Origin: Bdellovibrionota bacterium
GTDB lineage: Bacteria > Bdellovibrionota_C > UBA2361 > JBGSMV01
Direction of reading: 5' to 3'
Length of the DNA: 64,000 nucleotides
Assembly: GCA_041739995.1 (NCBI GenBank)
Contig: JBGSMV010000059.1
Span: 32,001 to 96,000, forward strand
Shown: positions 10,711 to 20,576 of the stretch, piece by piece
Layout: each line of letters starts with the position of its first letter
How positions within the stretch are numbered: the first letter of the stretch is position 1
Program-made: the position numbers and the translations under genes
The notes under the pieces: model-generated
What the model was told of the DNA's origin: nothing
Database searches by the model: none
The model's input: only the letters and a program-made list of their open reading frames with translations

Positions 10711-10887
10711 GACCCTAATTAATCAGGACGATTAAACAATGAAGAGTAGGCTATTTGCACATGAACGCTGCTTGTGTGCGGGAGTGAGTCTGACGCCAAA
10801 CTAGATGATATTTGGAGATGAGAGTTCGAGTTCTATTCTCTGAAAGGGTCGCGTCCAAAGAAATATCAGCAGATAGAAGCACGCGAT

Positions 10888-11949
10888 CTACAGCTCAATT
10901 AGATCTTTAAGTGCGGAGAGGCGGTGAAAATCATCCGCGGCTTTCTCGCGTGCCTCCGCCGCTGCGGAGATCCTATCACCTAGCTCTGCCTTTACAGAGT
11001 TAAGCGCTTCACTTGGGCTGGCATGCTCTACTGTTCGCAGTAAGACGGTAGCTCGAAAGTACTCGTCGCTTGAATATCCCATGCGAGCACTCATTGTGAG
11101 CTCAGCCTGTCGATACAGTGCTGACAACACTCCCGGCGAAACACCGGTGAGCTGAGTATCGTTAATCGATCCTTTAATAGAACTCAGATCTGCCTCAGAG
11201 AACGAATCAAAATCTAACCGCAAAGAATCTACAGTGCCGCTGTCGGGAGAATTGCGTTCTATAATATTAGCAATTTCCAAAACCGCACCACGCAACTCCG
11301 GGGTCATTAGAACTACATGCTTACTGGACAAGGGCTGTTCTGGGGCTGGAGAGAGGCTGCGATAGAGTTCTCGGTTCTCCTTACCAATTGTTGAAAGGCA
11401 AGAATACGTATCCCTTAACACTTTTAGGTGTTGAGATAGTTCTCGTTCGCTTGGGCTATTAGTTGGATCTAAAATTCCTAACCGTTTGTTCAACTCTGCA
11501 CTCTCTTGCACTAGAAAGTATGCACTTGAGACCTTGTTCAAATAGTTGCCTGCATCTAAAAGGGCTTTCTGATTAGCTCTTAAAATAACCACCACCTCTT
11601 CGTCTCTCAGAGGCTGCCCATCAGACCCTAAATTTTGTCGCTCTACTACATTGTTCAAATTATCGAGGAACCGAGTAGTCTCTTGCGCTGATAGCTCATT
11701 GAACTGGCGAAACCTTGCCAATTCCTGTCGCGGACCTGCAACGCGTTCGATAAGCTCTTTGTGAAATCTAAGACTCTCAGAAAGTAGGTGTGCCACCCTT
11801 TTGGTATCGATACCCGCAGCATTAGGTGCGCGATCTAAAATGCGTGATTGCTGATTATCCGTCAGCGATGATTCCAAGCGCGGCATAGTTGCAGAGCTCA
11901 GTAGAGTGGCAGCGGAAGCAGCTATTACTTTAAGATGTGGATTCATCAA
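10888..11949 (-). CDS. Hypothetical protein (likely helical)
   Basis: 353-aa ORF with no competing frame and no recognisable motif. Confidence 0.6.
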   Translation of the reverse strand: MMNPHLKVIAASAATLLSSATMPRLESSLTDNQQSRILDRAPNAAGIDTKRVAHLLSESLRFHKELIERVAGPRQELARFRQFNELSAQETTRFLDNLNNVVERQNLGSDGQPLRDEEVVVILRANQKALLDAGNYLNKVSSAYFLVQESAELNKRLGILDPTNSPSERELSQHLKVLRDTYSCLSTIGKENRELYRSLSPAPEQPLSSKHVVLMTPELRGAVLEIANIIERNSPDSGTVDSLRLDFDSFSEADLSSIKGSINDTQLTGVSPGVLSALYRQAELTMSARMGYSSDEYFRATVLLRTVEHASPSEALNSVKAELGDRISAAAEAREKAADDFHRLSALKDLIEL

Positions 11950-12552
11950 ACTTTCCAGACCGAATCATCGGTAAAATGCTTTGTATAGTGTTATGATCAA
12001 CTTTCACGCGAATGTAGCCGCAAACCCCAGAAATTATTAAGTTTCACTAAGGCTTCCCAGTGGTGGTCCTCAGAAATGCAGTTAAGCCAGGTTGATAAGT
12101 TGGGGTCCCCGCTCCGGGTGTCCCGGCGGTATCATTCCGCCGGTACCGGGTTGACCACCTTGCCTTGATAACTAACTCAAATCACGGGAGTTCCATTTCT
12201 TAACCGGGTGGTAGTTACGAATCCATTCTTGGGGACTAGAGCTTGCTTTATTCTGCTTAAAGACTCGATGTTGTCGATTCAGCGACTAACTCCCATTTCC
12301 TTAGAGCTGGCACAGATCTCAGATGTTTTGAACCGTTCACAGGTGAAGTTTCTGTTGGTCCAATAAAGAGCTTCTTGGCCATAGGGTCTACGTGCTTTCG
12401 TGCCACGGCTCCAGCCTATTGCAACGCATATGGTTCTGTTCAGTAAGTCGTTGGGTCATGACGTTTTGTTGTGTCTATGTTCAAAGGCATCCAGTTCCCA
12501 CTATTCGGGATAGTGTCACTCCTCCCAAAACGGAGTCGCCCTAGCTTGGAGG

Positions 12553-13173
12553 CTATGTAAGAGGAGGTTCCCAAAAGTTGTGGGACTTATTGATAGGCGG
12601 TCCGACAAATTCAATGCCAAATTGACGATTCACTTCAAGAAGTCGGTCCTTGAATCCTTCCGTAGGTAATTTAGAAACTGTTGAAAAATAGTCTTCAAAT
12701 CCACCAGGAACTGTAAAAACGAAAGAAGAGCCCTGCGGTGACAAGCAACGAAAACTATGAGGAACTCCCTTCGGTGCGAGAAGTAGGTCTCCGGGTTTGA
12801 ATTCGCGCAATTCTTCACCAACCTGAAAGGCATAATGTCCATCACGTATGAGGAAAAATTCATCCTCTTTGGTGTGTACGTGCAATGGAGGACTAAAATC
12901 CTGCGGATGTTGCATCCCGATGCAACTAAACTTTCCACAAGATTGACTAGAGTCCGAAATAATCGCTGCGATGTGACCACCAATGGAGACTCTCCGAATG
13001 ACCTGGGAGGAGTCCTGCGGAAGAGTATCAACATCTATACCGAGAAACCTAGCAATCGTGCTTCGGTTTCCCTGATGTGCGAATACGTCTGGTACGTTGA
13101 CGTGAATAGATGCAACCAAGAGATGGTTTCGCGGCCCTTCTGGAGCTCGTCCGTCTGATACGTGTATCGCCAT
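12553..13173 (-). CDS. Cupin domain protein (quercetin dioxygenase-like)
   Basis: PPLHVHTKEDEFF...GDLLLAPKGVPHSF...PGGFEDYF. Start taken at ATG 13173. Confidence 0.85.
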   Translation of the reverse strand: MAIHVSDGRAPEGPRNHLLVASIHVNVPDVFAHQGNRSTIARFLGIDVDTLPQDSSQVIRRVSIGGHIAAIISDSSQSCGKFSCIGMQHPQDFSPPLHVHTKEDEFFLIRDGHYAFQVGEELREFKPGDLLLAPKGVPHSFRCLSPQGSSFVFTVPGGFEDYFSTVSKLPTEGFKDRLLEVNRQFGIEFVGPPINKSHNFWEPPLT

Positions 13174-13311
13174 GCCCCCTTTTTTTCTTTGCAAAAATGA
13201 GAACCCGAGGCTCTCCGCAAGTGAATCGCATTGTTATGCCTTAAGCAATTCTAGAGGTGAGCTAAGAGTCGGTGCGGGCGCTCCAAGCCGCATGTTATTA
13301 AGGGGGAAGCT

Positions 13312-13508
13312 AGGAGTTGGCGAACGCGAGATTTGGCCCGGAGTGGCGAACGGGAGATATAGAATAGCGACGGGTGGACTTCCGCCTCCGCCCTATCGGG
13401 CTACGGCGGGATAAACTTCTCGCCCACCCGTTAGCCAGGAGTGGCGAACGCGAGATAGATTTGGCCCGGAGTGGCGAACGCGAGATATAGAATAGCGACG
13501 GGTGGACT
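13312..13508. repeat. Duplication (128-bp offset) containing the tRNA-Met 3' end and four copies of a GGAGTGGCGAACGCGAGAT-type subrepeat
   Basis: 13329-13380 matches 13457-13508 with one mismatch. 13365-13380 equals the last 16 nt of the tRNA. Confidence 0.9.
13382..13409. repeat. REP-like GC-rich hairpin
   Basis: CCGCC-TCC-GCCC-TATC-GGGC-TAC-GGCGG, an interrupted stem-loop between the two repeat copies. Confidence 0.55.
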
Positions 13509-13566
13509 CGAACCACCGACCTCGGCATTATGAGTGCCGCGCTCTAACCAGCTGAGCTACGTCGCC
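13493..13566 (-). tRNA. tRNA-Met(CAT), probably elongator; CCA not encoded
   Basis: Minus strand GGCGACGTAGCTCAGCTGGTTAGAGCGCGGCACTCATAATGCCGAGGTCGGTGGTTCGAGTCCACCCGTCGCTA folds into a cloverleaf with anticodon CAT. Lacks the initiator C1 mismatch and GGG anticodon stem. Confidence 0.95.
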
Positions 13567-13708
13567 ACAATTGAGCTTTCGAAAATACGGCGCCTTCAAA
13601 AATACGGCGCTTTCAAAAATTACGCCTAAACCCCTGCAAGGGCTCAGCATAGTGATGAGGGGGAATAGTGCCCCACGGTGGAGATTGGGTCAATCTTAGG
13701 CGAAAAAG

Positions 13709-14917
13709 TTAGAAGCGTTCGATATCTGCGCCACCGTCAAAGGCGCCCATTCCGGCAGCCATTACGAGCGCGTCTCTGCCGTAGGCGAAGAATCGGTCGA
13801 GACGATGGTCTCCTGGCTCAACGCGAGGAATCTCGAAGTAGCCGCCGCGCTGCCACGAGAATTGCCTCGCCTTCGGATAGAAGGCGTAGGACCGCTCCAC
13901 TACCTGGCCAAACTGGTCGGTGATTCGCAGGGTGAATATCCCGCGTCCGTCCTTTTGATTTCGTCGACTATAGCGGAAGGTGCGAATACCCTCGGAGTCC
14001 GCTCGACCGGGAATAACTCGGTCTAGGCGAATGCCATTTTGATAAATCTCGATTTGGCGCACTTCTCGACCAACCACATAGCCAGAAAATCCTACTAGCA
14101 CTCGAGCGCTGCCTTCTTCGACAAAGCGACGTCCGCGCGTTGGTGAGCGAAATACACTTACGCGGGTCAATGCCAAGTTCGGGCTGAATACTTTTGGTAC
14201 GTCAGCGATCCCCACTCCGCGCTGGGCGTCAAGCACTGGACCAAGGCTAAGAGTAACGAAGCGATTGTAGAATTCGCGGTCCACGCCCTCTTGCTCCATG
14301 CTCCGAACAACAGCCAATCGGGTGTAGTCAACGTAGCGAACCGCCTCGACTGGCTGCATGACTTTCTCAGCGCCATTACGAACTACCCGTAAGGAACTAG
14401 CAAAGCTAAGCAAGGCGAAGCGAGAGGCAGCTGCTCGGGGCGGAAGTTGCTTGGCGATGAGTGCTGCTTCATTCTCGGCCTGCTGCATCTGTGAGGTGCT
14501 TGCGCTTGAGCGCAATGTATCCCAGGAGAGCTTCGGAATACCGTCGCGACTTTCTACCTTGCCCGGTGTTTTGGGCATGGTCTGAACGACCTTTTTCGCA
14601 CGGACTTGTTCAATGTAACCTGGATTCAACATGGCGGAGACTTCGTCCAGCGGATTCATCCCCAGCAGCGAGGTTGAGCGCTCTTCTTGGTCGGTAGCCC
14701 TAGAATCTTGAGACAAGCCTGAATTAAGGGCTGCCAGATCTTGCTGCGCCTTATGAACTTGACTGCCGACTACGTGGTCGACGGAGAGTGTCTTCTGAAA
14801 GTTTACGAGCTCAGGAATGAAGAAGAGTGCGAGCACGAGCAAGAGCACCACGCCAGTAACGATGAACCCTTTGGGGTTAAGGCCCGATTTTCCAAGTGAA
14901 CGAATGGAGGAAACCAC
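13709..14917 (-). CDS. Hypothetical membrane-anchored protein
   Basis: 402 aa, single N-terminal TM helix, beta-rich (possibly Ig-like) C-terminus. Confidence 0.7.
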   Translation of the reverse strand: MVSSIRSLGKSGLNPKGFIVTGVVLLLVLALFFIPELVNFQKTLSVDHVVGSQVHKAQQDLAALNSGLSQDSRATDQEERSTSLLGMNPLDEVSAMLNPGYIEQVRAKKVVQTMPKTPGKVESRDGIPKLSWDTLRSSASTSQMQQAENEAALIAKQLPPRAAASRFALLSFASSLRVVRNGAEKVMQPVEAVRYVDYTRLAVVRSMEQEGVDREFYNRFVTLSLGPVLDAQRGVGIADVPKVFSPNLALTRVSVFRSPTRGRRFVEEGSARVLVGFSGYVVGREVRQIEIYQNGIRLDRVIPGRADSEGIRTFRYSRRNQKDGRGIFTLRITDQFGQVVERSYAFYPKARQFSWQRGGYFEIPRVEPGDHRLDRFFAYGRDALVMAAGMGAFDGGADIERF

Positions 14918-15095
14918 AGTAACTGACTCCCAGAAAGGACTCTATCGACGGCCGAAGCAAGCAACGCTTGCGCGGCAGCGGGTCCTTAGTATGTAACTAT
15001 AAGTGTTTTGGGAGGGTTACTCAAAAGTGTTACACAGCACGTAACCATTCAGGTCGAATTTACAAATACTCGCAAACCGCAGAAATGACTTAACC

Positions 15096-15284
15096 CCTAA
15101 GGGGTCGATTTGCGGAGCAAATCGGGGGTGAAAATCCAACCCCTGAGGGGTAGTTTTCGTCAGCAAATCCGGGGTGAAATTACTATCCGTTCACAAAATG
15201 CAGCCGTTCCCGATCAGGGGACGACCGCGGAATTACCACCACTCGAGTAACTTTTTAGCCCAATACCTACCTAACACCACCAGT
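15096..15284. repeat. ~190-bp structured dispersed repeat, copy 1
   Basis: Matches the reverse complement of 40278-40470 at ~90% by manual alignment. Internal palindromes CCCCTAAGGGG, CGATTTGC-GGA-GCAAATCG and ACCCCTGAGGGGT. Confidence 0.93.
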
Positions 15285-15289
15285 TAGCT

Positions 15290-15826
15290 TTACTCCATGA
15301 CGGATCCCACAGCACCTTCGGTATCGAATTTCAGTAGTTCTTCCACGAAGGTACGTACGATAAAATCCATCATGTCACGCACCGAAAGGATACCAATCGG
15401 AATTTGGTGGTCATCGACCAGCGGAAGGTGCCTAAATCCTCCCTCTGACATCAGATTAAGGGCAAAAGCGATGGTAATATCAGGTGGTTGGGAGACTGGG
15501 TCGGCAGTCATGAACTCAGAGATAGGTTTGTTCCTATTGCTGTCGTAGTCGGGAAGAGCGCGGCGAACACAGTCCCGCTCTGTAAAAATTCCCTTAAGAG
15601 TTCGGTCAGGTGCGGTAATTAGCACTGAGCCAATTGACTCGTCTTTAAAGGCCTTAACTACCTCCCCCAATGTCATTTCAGGTCGCACGCAGTAAGGAAC
15701 TGGAGGATTCATCACTCCAATCGATTGGCACAGAAATTTGTGATCGAGCACCCCAAGTCGACGGTCGCATGCGTCCGCTATAGCTCTATAAACGCTCTGC
15801 TCGGTGCGTGCTTGTTTCTCTGCCAT
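15290..15826 (-). CDS. CBS-domain protein
   Basis: Two CBS repeats: LKGIFTERD and FRHLPLVD...GILSVRD. Confidence 0.9.
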   Translation of the reverse strand: MAEKQARTEQSVYRAIADACDRRLGVLDHKFLCQSIGVMNPPVPYCVRPEMTLGEVVKAFKDESIGSVLITAPDRTLKGIFTERDCVRRALPDYDSNRNKPISEFMTADPVSQPPDITIAFALNLMSEGGFRHLPLVDDHQIPIGILSVRDMMDFIVRTFVEELLKFDTEGAVGSVME

Positions 15827-15828
15827 GG

Positions 15829-17397
15829 TTACCTCTCCCCTTTGTCCTTGTCTGTTGCCGCTTTGCTACCATCCGGCGACGCGGCCGGGGGCGATTGCCC
15901 GGTAGCGGATTGATCCGCCGTATCCTTCTTGCTTACAAGCACGCACTGTAGTGCTTGCAGGTCTCCAGTGATGAATTTGTTCTCAACGGCGTTAAACTCT
16001 ATCGAACACGGTCCCTTTATCGCCTCCGTGGGAGCGAACTCCTCCTTACCGACTCTGACGATTACTCCAGGATAAAGCATCTTTCGAACATTCAGCCGTA
16101 CTACTTGAGCCACTCGTGATGTTTCAAGTAATTTTGTCTGTTTCGTGAGCAGTTCAAGCAGGCTGCGATCTACCTCTCGCTTCTTTCGCAGGAGCGCTTC
16201 AATCCTGGCACGGAACGGTCCCTTTAGGACCTCCACTCTGCTTGCGTTCTTGGCATAGGGGCCCAAATGAAGCTCGAGAAGATGTGCGGCTTTACGATGC
16301 GAAGCGATGCCAACCGAAAGCGTAGTGTATTCGGTGGTCATCTCGATATCACTACAAAGTTCAATGATGGTTGGAATTTCGCTATCATTTCCCAGTTGCA
16401 AGGCGTCAACCCCACAGACACTGTGAATACTTCCTCCTATTATCTTAGCCTTTTCCCCAATTACCGCCGCCTGAGTGCGGAAAGAGCAGCCGATGGCTTC
16501 TTTTCCTATAAGAATATTTCCAATGGCCTCAACGGAAGCTTTGCGAGCAGTGGCACATGAGAAGCTTCCCCCGCATACGATACTGCCGTGATCCCCTCCG
16601 AAGACGAACTGTTTGACCAGCACGTCAGCAGTTCTACTGTGGGCTACGCCGCCTTGAACGGAACCCTGAATCGAAATGGTTTTGTCTGCCCGAACAGTGA
16701 AGCCAGTAAGCAAGTCTCCTTTGACGGTGATTGAACCAACGAAATCAAGATTGCCAACGTGGAAATCGACGTTGCCCCTGACCAGTAGCTCGTCCTTTAT
16801 TGAGAGCGCGCCGGCGTCGTCGAGAAGATACCCGCTAGTCTTCGCAACTATCGCTTGATATCCCTCGCCTGCGGCTTCCGGCTTGAGTTCAAGTGACTGG
16901 TCAAGTTTCAAAGTAAGGGCCTGACTAGCTGGTGCCTTTACCGCCTTTCCGAGCGCATCCCTACCGTCCGTGCCGGCCTTTGCCGGATAGAAACGGGCTA
17001 CGATGGTGCCTACTCGAATATTGTCAAAGAGATTAAGGTCACGCAGCGATGGCCCAGCCTCTTCCTGCGAATTCGGATCCTTCTTTTTGGTGGGGTCGAC
17101 ATAGCGCTTCACCAGGAATACTAATCGCGCGGCTAGTCCTTCTTGTGGTTCGACGCCTTTGGCAATGCGGCGCTGCTCGATTTTCTCGCCCTTACTAAGG
17201 TGTATGGCACAGTCATGCAGTACATCGGAGTGAACCAAATCGGACGGGAGCAGGTTCCCTAGTAGAGCCTCGATATCGGTTCTTGCGATATAACCAGACG
17301 CAAGGCATTCAGCCGAGAGAAAAACCTTCATCCCATCGTCAGAGATGACCACGGTGATTTTGAGCTTGTCTGAGGCTTTAGAGAGGATCTCCTTCAT
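15829..17397 (-). CDS. FapA/DUF342 family protein
   Basis: AGTDGRDALGK, VRGNVDFHVGNLDFVGSITVKGD and YPGVIVRVG motifs. Confidence 0.85.
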   Translation of the reverse strand: MKEILSKASDKLKITVVISDDGMKVFLSAECLASGYIARTDIEALLGNLLPSDLVHSDVLHDCAIHLSKGEKIEQRRIAKGVEPQEGLAARLVFLVKRYVDPTKKKDPNSQEEAGPSLRDLNLFDNIRVGTIVARFYPAKAGTDGRDALGKAVKAPASQALTLKLDQSLELKPEAAGEGYQAIVAKTSGYLLDDAGALSIKDELLVRGNVDFHVGNLDFVGSITVKGDLLTGFTVRADKTISIQGSVQGGVAHSRTADVLVKQFVFGGDHGSIVCGGSFSCATARKASVEAIGNILIGKEAIGCSFRTQAAVIGEKAKIIGGSIHSVCGVDALQLGNDSEIPTIIELCSDIEMTTEYTTLSVGIASHRKAAHLLELHLGPYAKNASRVEVLKGPFRARIEALLRKKREVDRSLLELLTKQTKLLETSRVAQVVRLNVRKMLYPGVIVRVGKEEFAPTEAIKGPCSIEFNAVENKFITGDLQALQCVLVSKKDTADQSATGQSPPAASPDGSKAATDKDKGER

Positions 17398-17467
17398 GGT
17401 GAGCGCTCACTAATGGCCAGCAACGGTCTTATCACCAATTGGTTACCTCTACCGTTATCGAAGAACT

Positions 17468-18490
17468 TTAGGCAGCGGTTGAAACCGTGGCCGACTGCGG
17501 GTCTGCCTCCAATCCCTCACGCCAATAGTCCTTAAGTCCGGTTTGTATTCTCGCACCATAGCGGGTGATGACCTTCATCGATAGATAGCAGGCCGCGCGT
17601 GCCGCCTGGCGCGCGGGGATGCCGCTACAGATTCCGTATAAGAAGGCTCCAGCGAACATATCTCCCGCCCCGAGCAAATCGATTGGCTCACAAGGAAACG
17701 CGGGCACACTGAAGGCTTCTCCGTTACAGGATACCAAAGCACCACGGGCGCCTTGGGTTACCACTACGCCCTTAGTTTTGCGCGCTAGCTCTCTAAAGGC
17801 CTCTGTGCTGTCTGTGGCTCCGCTTAGGGCACAAGCCTCAGGCTCGTTGCAGAAAACTAAGTCACTGTGCTCAAGAACTGCTGAGACCTGCTGACCAAAA
17901 ACGTTAGGGATGAACTGCTCGCTCATAGTCAAAGCGATTTTGGTGCCGTGCTTAAGAGCATATTTTACGGCAGTTTGAATAGCTTCCAAACTAGACGGTG
18001 GGTTTGCGAACACGTAGCCCTCTATAAACAGCCATTCGGACTGTCGAATTGATTCCTCACTGACATCCTCGGGGCATAGAAGGCTCGCAGCTCCAAGGCA
18101 AGTGCGCATGGTGCGTTCAGCATCGGGAGTTATCAGAGCAGCGCAGGTACCTGTGGACTTGCCCACCTTGAGCGCGGCACCAAGTTCCACATTTAGATGT
18201 TCAGCTTCTTGGCTATAAAAAAGGCCGTAGCGGTCATCTCCGAGCGAAGTGACGAATGCGCCCGAGCCTCCCAGCTGAGCTATTGCGATGATGGAGTTTC
18301 CTACGGAACCGCCGCTTACGAGTCTTGAAGTTCTTTCACCTAAGGTACTGAGCAATTTCTGCTGTTCCTCGAGTTCAACCAGGGTCATGGTGCCACGTTC
18401 AAACCCGAGTTCTTTGAACTCGTTCTCGGTAACATTGACCAGTACGTCTACAATTCCATTGCCCAATCCGCATGCGGTGTATCGCTTCAT
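17468..18490 (-). CDS. PfkB-family carbohydrate/adenosine kinase
   Basis: SGGSVGNS, ITPDAERTMRTCLGA and DLLGAGDMFAGAF motifs. Confidence 0.9.
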   Translation of the reverse strand: MKRYTACGLGNGIVDVLVNVTENEFKELGFERGTMTLVELEEQQKLLSTLGERTSRLVSGGSVGNSIIAIAQLGGSGAFVTSLGDDRYGLFYSQEAEHLNVELGAALKVGKSTGTCAALITPDAERTMRTCLGAASLLCPEDVSEESIRQSEWLFIEGYVFANPPSSLEAIQTAVKYALKHGTKIALTMSEQFIPNVFGQQVSAVLEHSDLVFCNEPEACALSGATDSTEAFRELARKTKGVVVTQGARGALVSCNGEAFSVPAFPCEPIDLLGAGDMFAGAFLYGICSGIPARQAARAACYLSMKVITRYGARIQTGLKDYWREGLEADPQSATVSTAA

Positions 18491-18597
18491 AAAGTACTCC
18501 TACAATAGGAGCTGAGTTTCCCCCGCGGATAGTGCGATTACAACCCCAGCTTTGTTGGTAAGAAGCGAAGTCTATGGGACTGGTAGGCTTCGAGCGG

Positions 18598-19092
18598 TTA
18601 TGGGCCTAAGCCGTCGCCGGCGACTTTAAGTGAGACTTCGATTCCGTCACCTGTTCGCGTCCAACGCACAAAGTGGCGTCCGTCCATGTGGCGCACGTCG
18701 AAGCTGGTCTGAACCCCGCAGAATTCGTCTCTGCATGTCGGATCGTGGAAATAGGATATCTTTTGGCGGCGGCCGAGCTGGAAGCCAGGAAAGAGCTCTC
18801 GTGCGGTCACGTCAGTCAGCGGGCCAGGGACAAGCTGTTCATCGTCTAGCGCGGGAAATGTTGCTGCATCGACACCGGGCTGAGCATAGGCGGCATACAC
18901 CGACTTCATGGCGGTATCGGCGCCGCTTTGTGCAACCGCGTAGGCGGCATAGGGTTTGTATAGGGTAAACCCTTGCAAACTTAAGGCAGCAAGCACGCCG
19001 ATAATTGAGATTACCGTCAACAGCTCGATTAGGGTGAATCCGGCCTCGCCGCGATTACGTACTACGCTTGACTGCGGTGCATGCATACTCAT
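18598..19092 (-). CDS. Prepilin-type N-methylation domain protein (type IV pilin/pseudopilin)
   Basis: Class III signal G|FTLIELLTVISIIGVLAALSL. Start ATG 19092 follows AGGAG. Confidence 0.85.
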   Translation of the reverse strand: MSMHAPQSSVVRNRGEAGFTLIELLTVISIIGVLAALSLQGFTLYKPYAAYAVAQSGADTAMKSVYAAYAQPGVDAATFPALDDEQLVPGPLTDVTARELFPGFQLGRRQKISYFHDPTCRDEFCGVQTSFDVRHMDGRHFVRWTRTGDGIEVSLKVAGDGLGP

Positions 19093-19292
19093 GCGAAATT
19101 CTCCTAGTTGAAGGCTCCTTGGCTCCGCACCGAAACGACTCCGAGAGCTAGAAGGGAGTATCGGAGTATCGCCCAAAATAAATTAGCATGAACTTTAAAA
19201 ATCCGAACACTTCGTATCTAAACGAAGTTTATCAAAAGCGTGCAGCGGTGTGGTGAAGTTGGCGCTAGAGCAAGGCGCCCCCTGCGCAGTTT

Positions 19293-20576
19293 TCAGTCGA
19301 GAGGCGCGACAAGGGGGTTCTCAGCTATTACAGAAAAATCTGAAAGTGTCTGGGATACCGCGGCGTCGAGACGGTCGCGAGCTCCAAGAATTTCGCAGAC
19401 GCGCTGGATCACTCGGTCTACTAGACTGTCAGGACAGCTCGCGCCAGCGGTCATTAAAACGCGCAGTGGATTCTGAGCCGAAATGTCGCTTCGGGGGAGC
19501 CAGTTCTGGGTCATTTTTACCTGCATAGAATGAAGGTCTAAGTGCCGAACTTCGGACTCGGAAATTATTTCGCCTTCATCCTTGATATAAAAAGTGGGGA
19601 CGTGTTGTTCAAGTAGCTCAACCAGATGTGATGTGTTGGAGGAGTTATAGCCGCCAACCACTATCGCCAAATCTGCCTGATGCTTCATCAGTGCTAAAGT
19701 CGCATCTTGGTTCTCTGAGGTTGCATAACACAAAGTGTCTCGCGTATCCGCAAAGTGGTGCTGAGAATTCTCTGGATACGTGCGATGCATTGACAACTTA
19801 AGCAAGTTGCTAATCTCTAGCGTTTCAGAGGCAAGCATTGTGGTTTGGTTTACCACTCCTATGCGGATAAGATCTTGCTTTGGGTTGAAGCCAGGAGAGT
19901 AGCGCCCCGCAAAATCACCCTCAAAACCATCGGGCGTTCGCTCGCCACTAATGTAAGAGGCGAGGATTGTTGCTTCCGCTACGTCACGAATGACAAGACT
20001 CGGCGCGGTAATTTTCGCATGCGAAAAAGTGGCGCGAGTCTCTTCGTGGGAATGTTTTCCGTGAATAATTATTGTGTAGCCCTGCTCCCCAAGCTGCTCA
20101 GCGCGTTTCCAGACCTTCTCTACAAAGGGGCAGGTTGCGTTATAGCGAGTGATATCTACCCCAATGGCAGCAAGCTGCTCGAAAAGCTCAACAGTGGTGC
20201 CGAAGGCGGGCACGATAACGATGTCCTCTGGCTTCAATTCATCAAAGGAAATCAGCGGCTCTCCTTCTGGAGTGCGCAGGAAACGAATGCCTCGGCGGGC
20301 AAGATCTGCATTGACGTGAGGGTTATGAATCATTTCACTCAACAAAAAGACCCGACTCCCTGGGTTTTCGTGAAGAGCACGATAAGCGCGCTCGATGGCG
20401 TTCTCTACGCCAAAGCAAAAACCAAAGTGCCTGGCGAGGATGAATTCGACTGGACCCACTCTGAGGAATGTGGGGGCGAGATCTTTCTTGCGCTGGTCTG
20501 CGCTAGAACGTGCAAGCTTTAGAGTTGATACGATCGGAGAGCGATAGAACTCCGGGATGTCAAACCTTCTTCCCAT
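19293..20576 (-). CDS. ispH: 4-hydroxy-3-methylbut-2-enyl diphosphate reductase
   Basis: FGFCFGV, IHNPHV, ATCPFV, DTLCYAT, SSNT and AGASCPD motifs. Start uncertain (20576-20645). Confidence 0.95.
   Translation of the reverse strand: MGRRFDIPEFYRSPIVSTLKLARSSADQRKKDLAPTFLRVGPVEFILARHFGFCFGVENAIERAYRALHENPGSRVFLLSEMIHNPHVNADLARRGIRFLRTPEGEPLISFDELKPEDIVIVPAFGTTVELFEQLAAIGVDITRYNATCPFVEKVWKRAEQLGEQGYTIIIHGKHSHEETRATFSHAKITAPSLVIRDVAEATILASYISGERTPDGFEGDFAGRYSPGFNPKQDLIRIGVVNQTTMLASETLEISNLLKLSMHRTYPENSQHHFADTRDTLCYATSENQDATLALMKHQADLAIVVGGYNSSNTSHLVELLEQHVPTFYIKDEGEIISESEVRHLDLHSMQVKMTQNWLPRSDISAQNPLRVLMTAGASCPDSLVDRVIQRVCEILGARDRLDAAVSQTLSDFSVIAENPLVAPLD

Noticed and set aside
12123..12143. 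CCGGCGG-TATCATT-CCGCCGG hairpin as a terminator
   Set aside because: No U tract and not adjacent to a gene end; it could be chance or part of a decayed gene.
13312..13490. Four ~19-bp repeats as a mini CRISPR array
   Set aside because: Spacing is irregular and short, the intervening sequences are themselves duplicated, and there are no cas genes.
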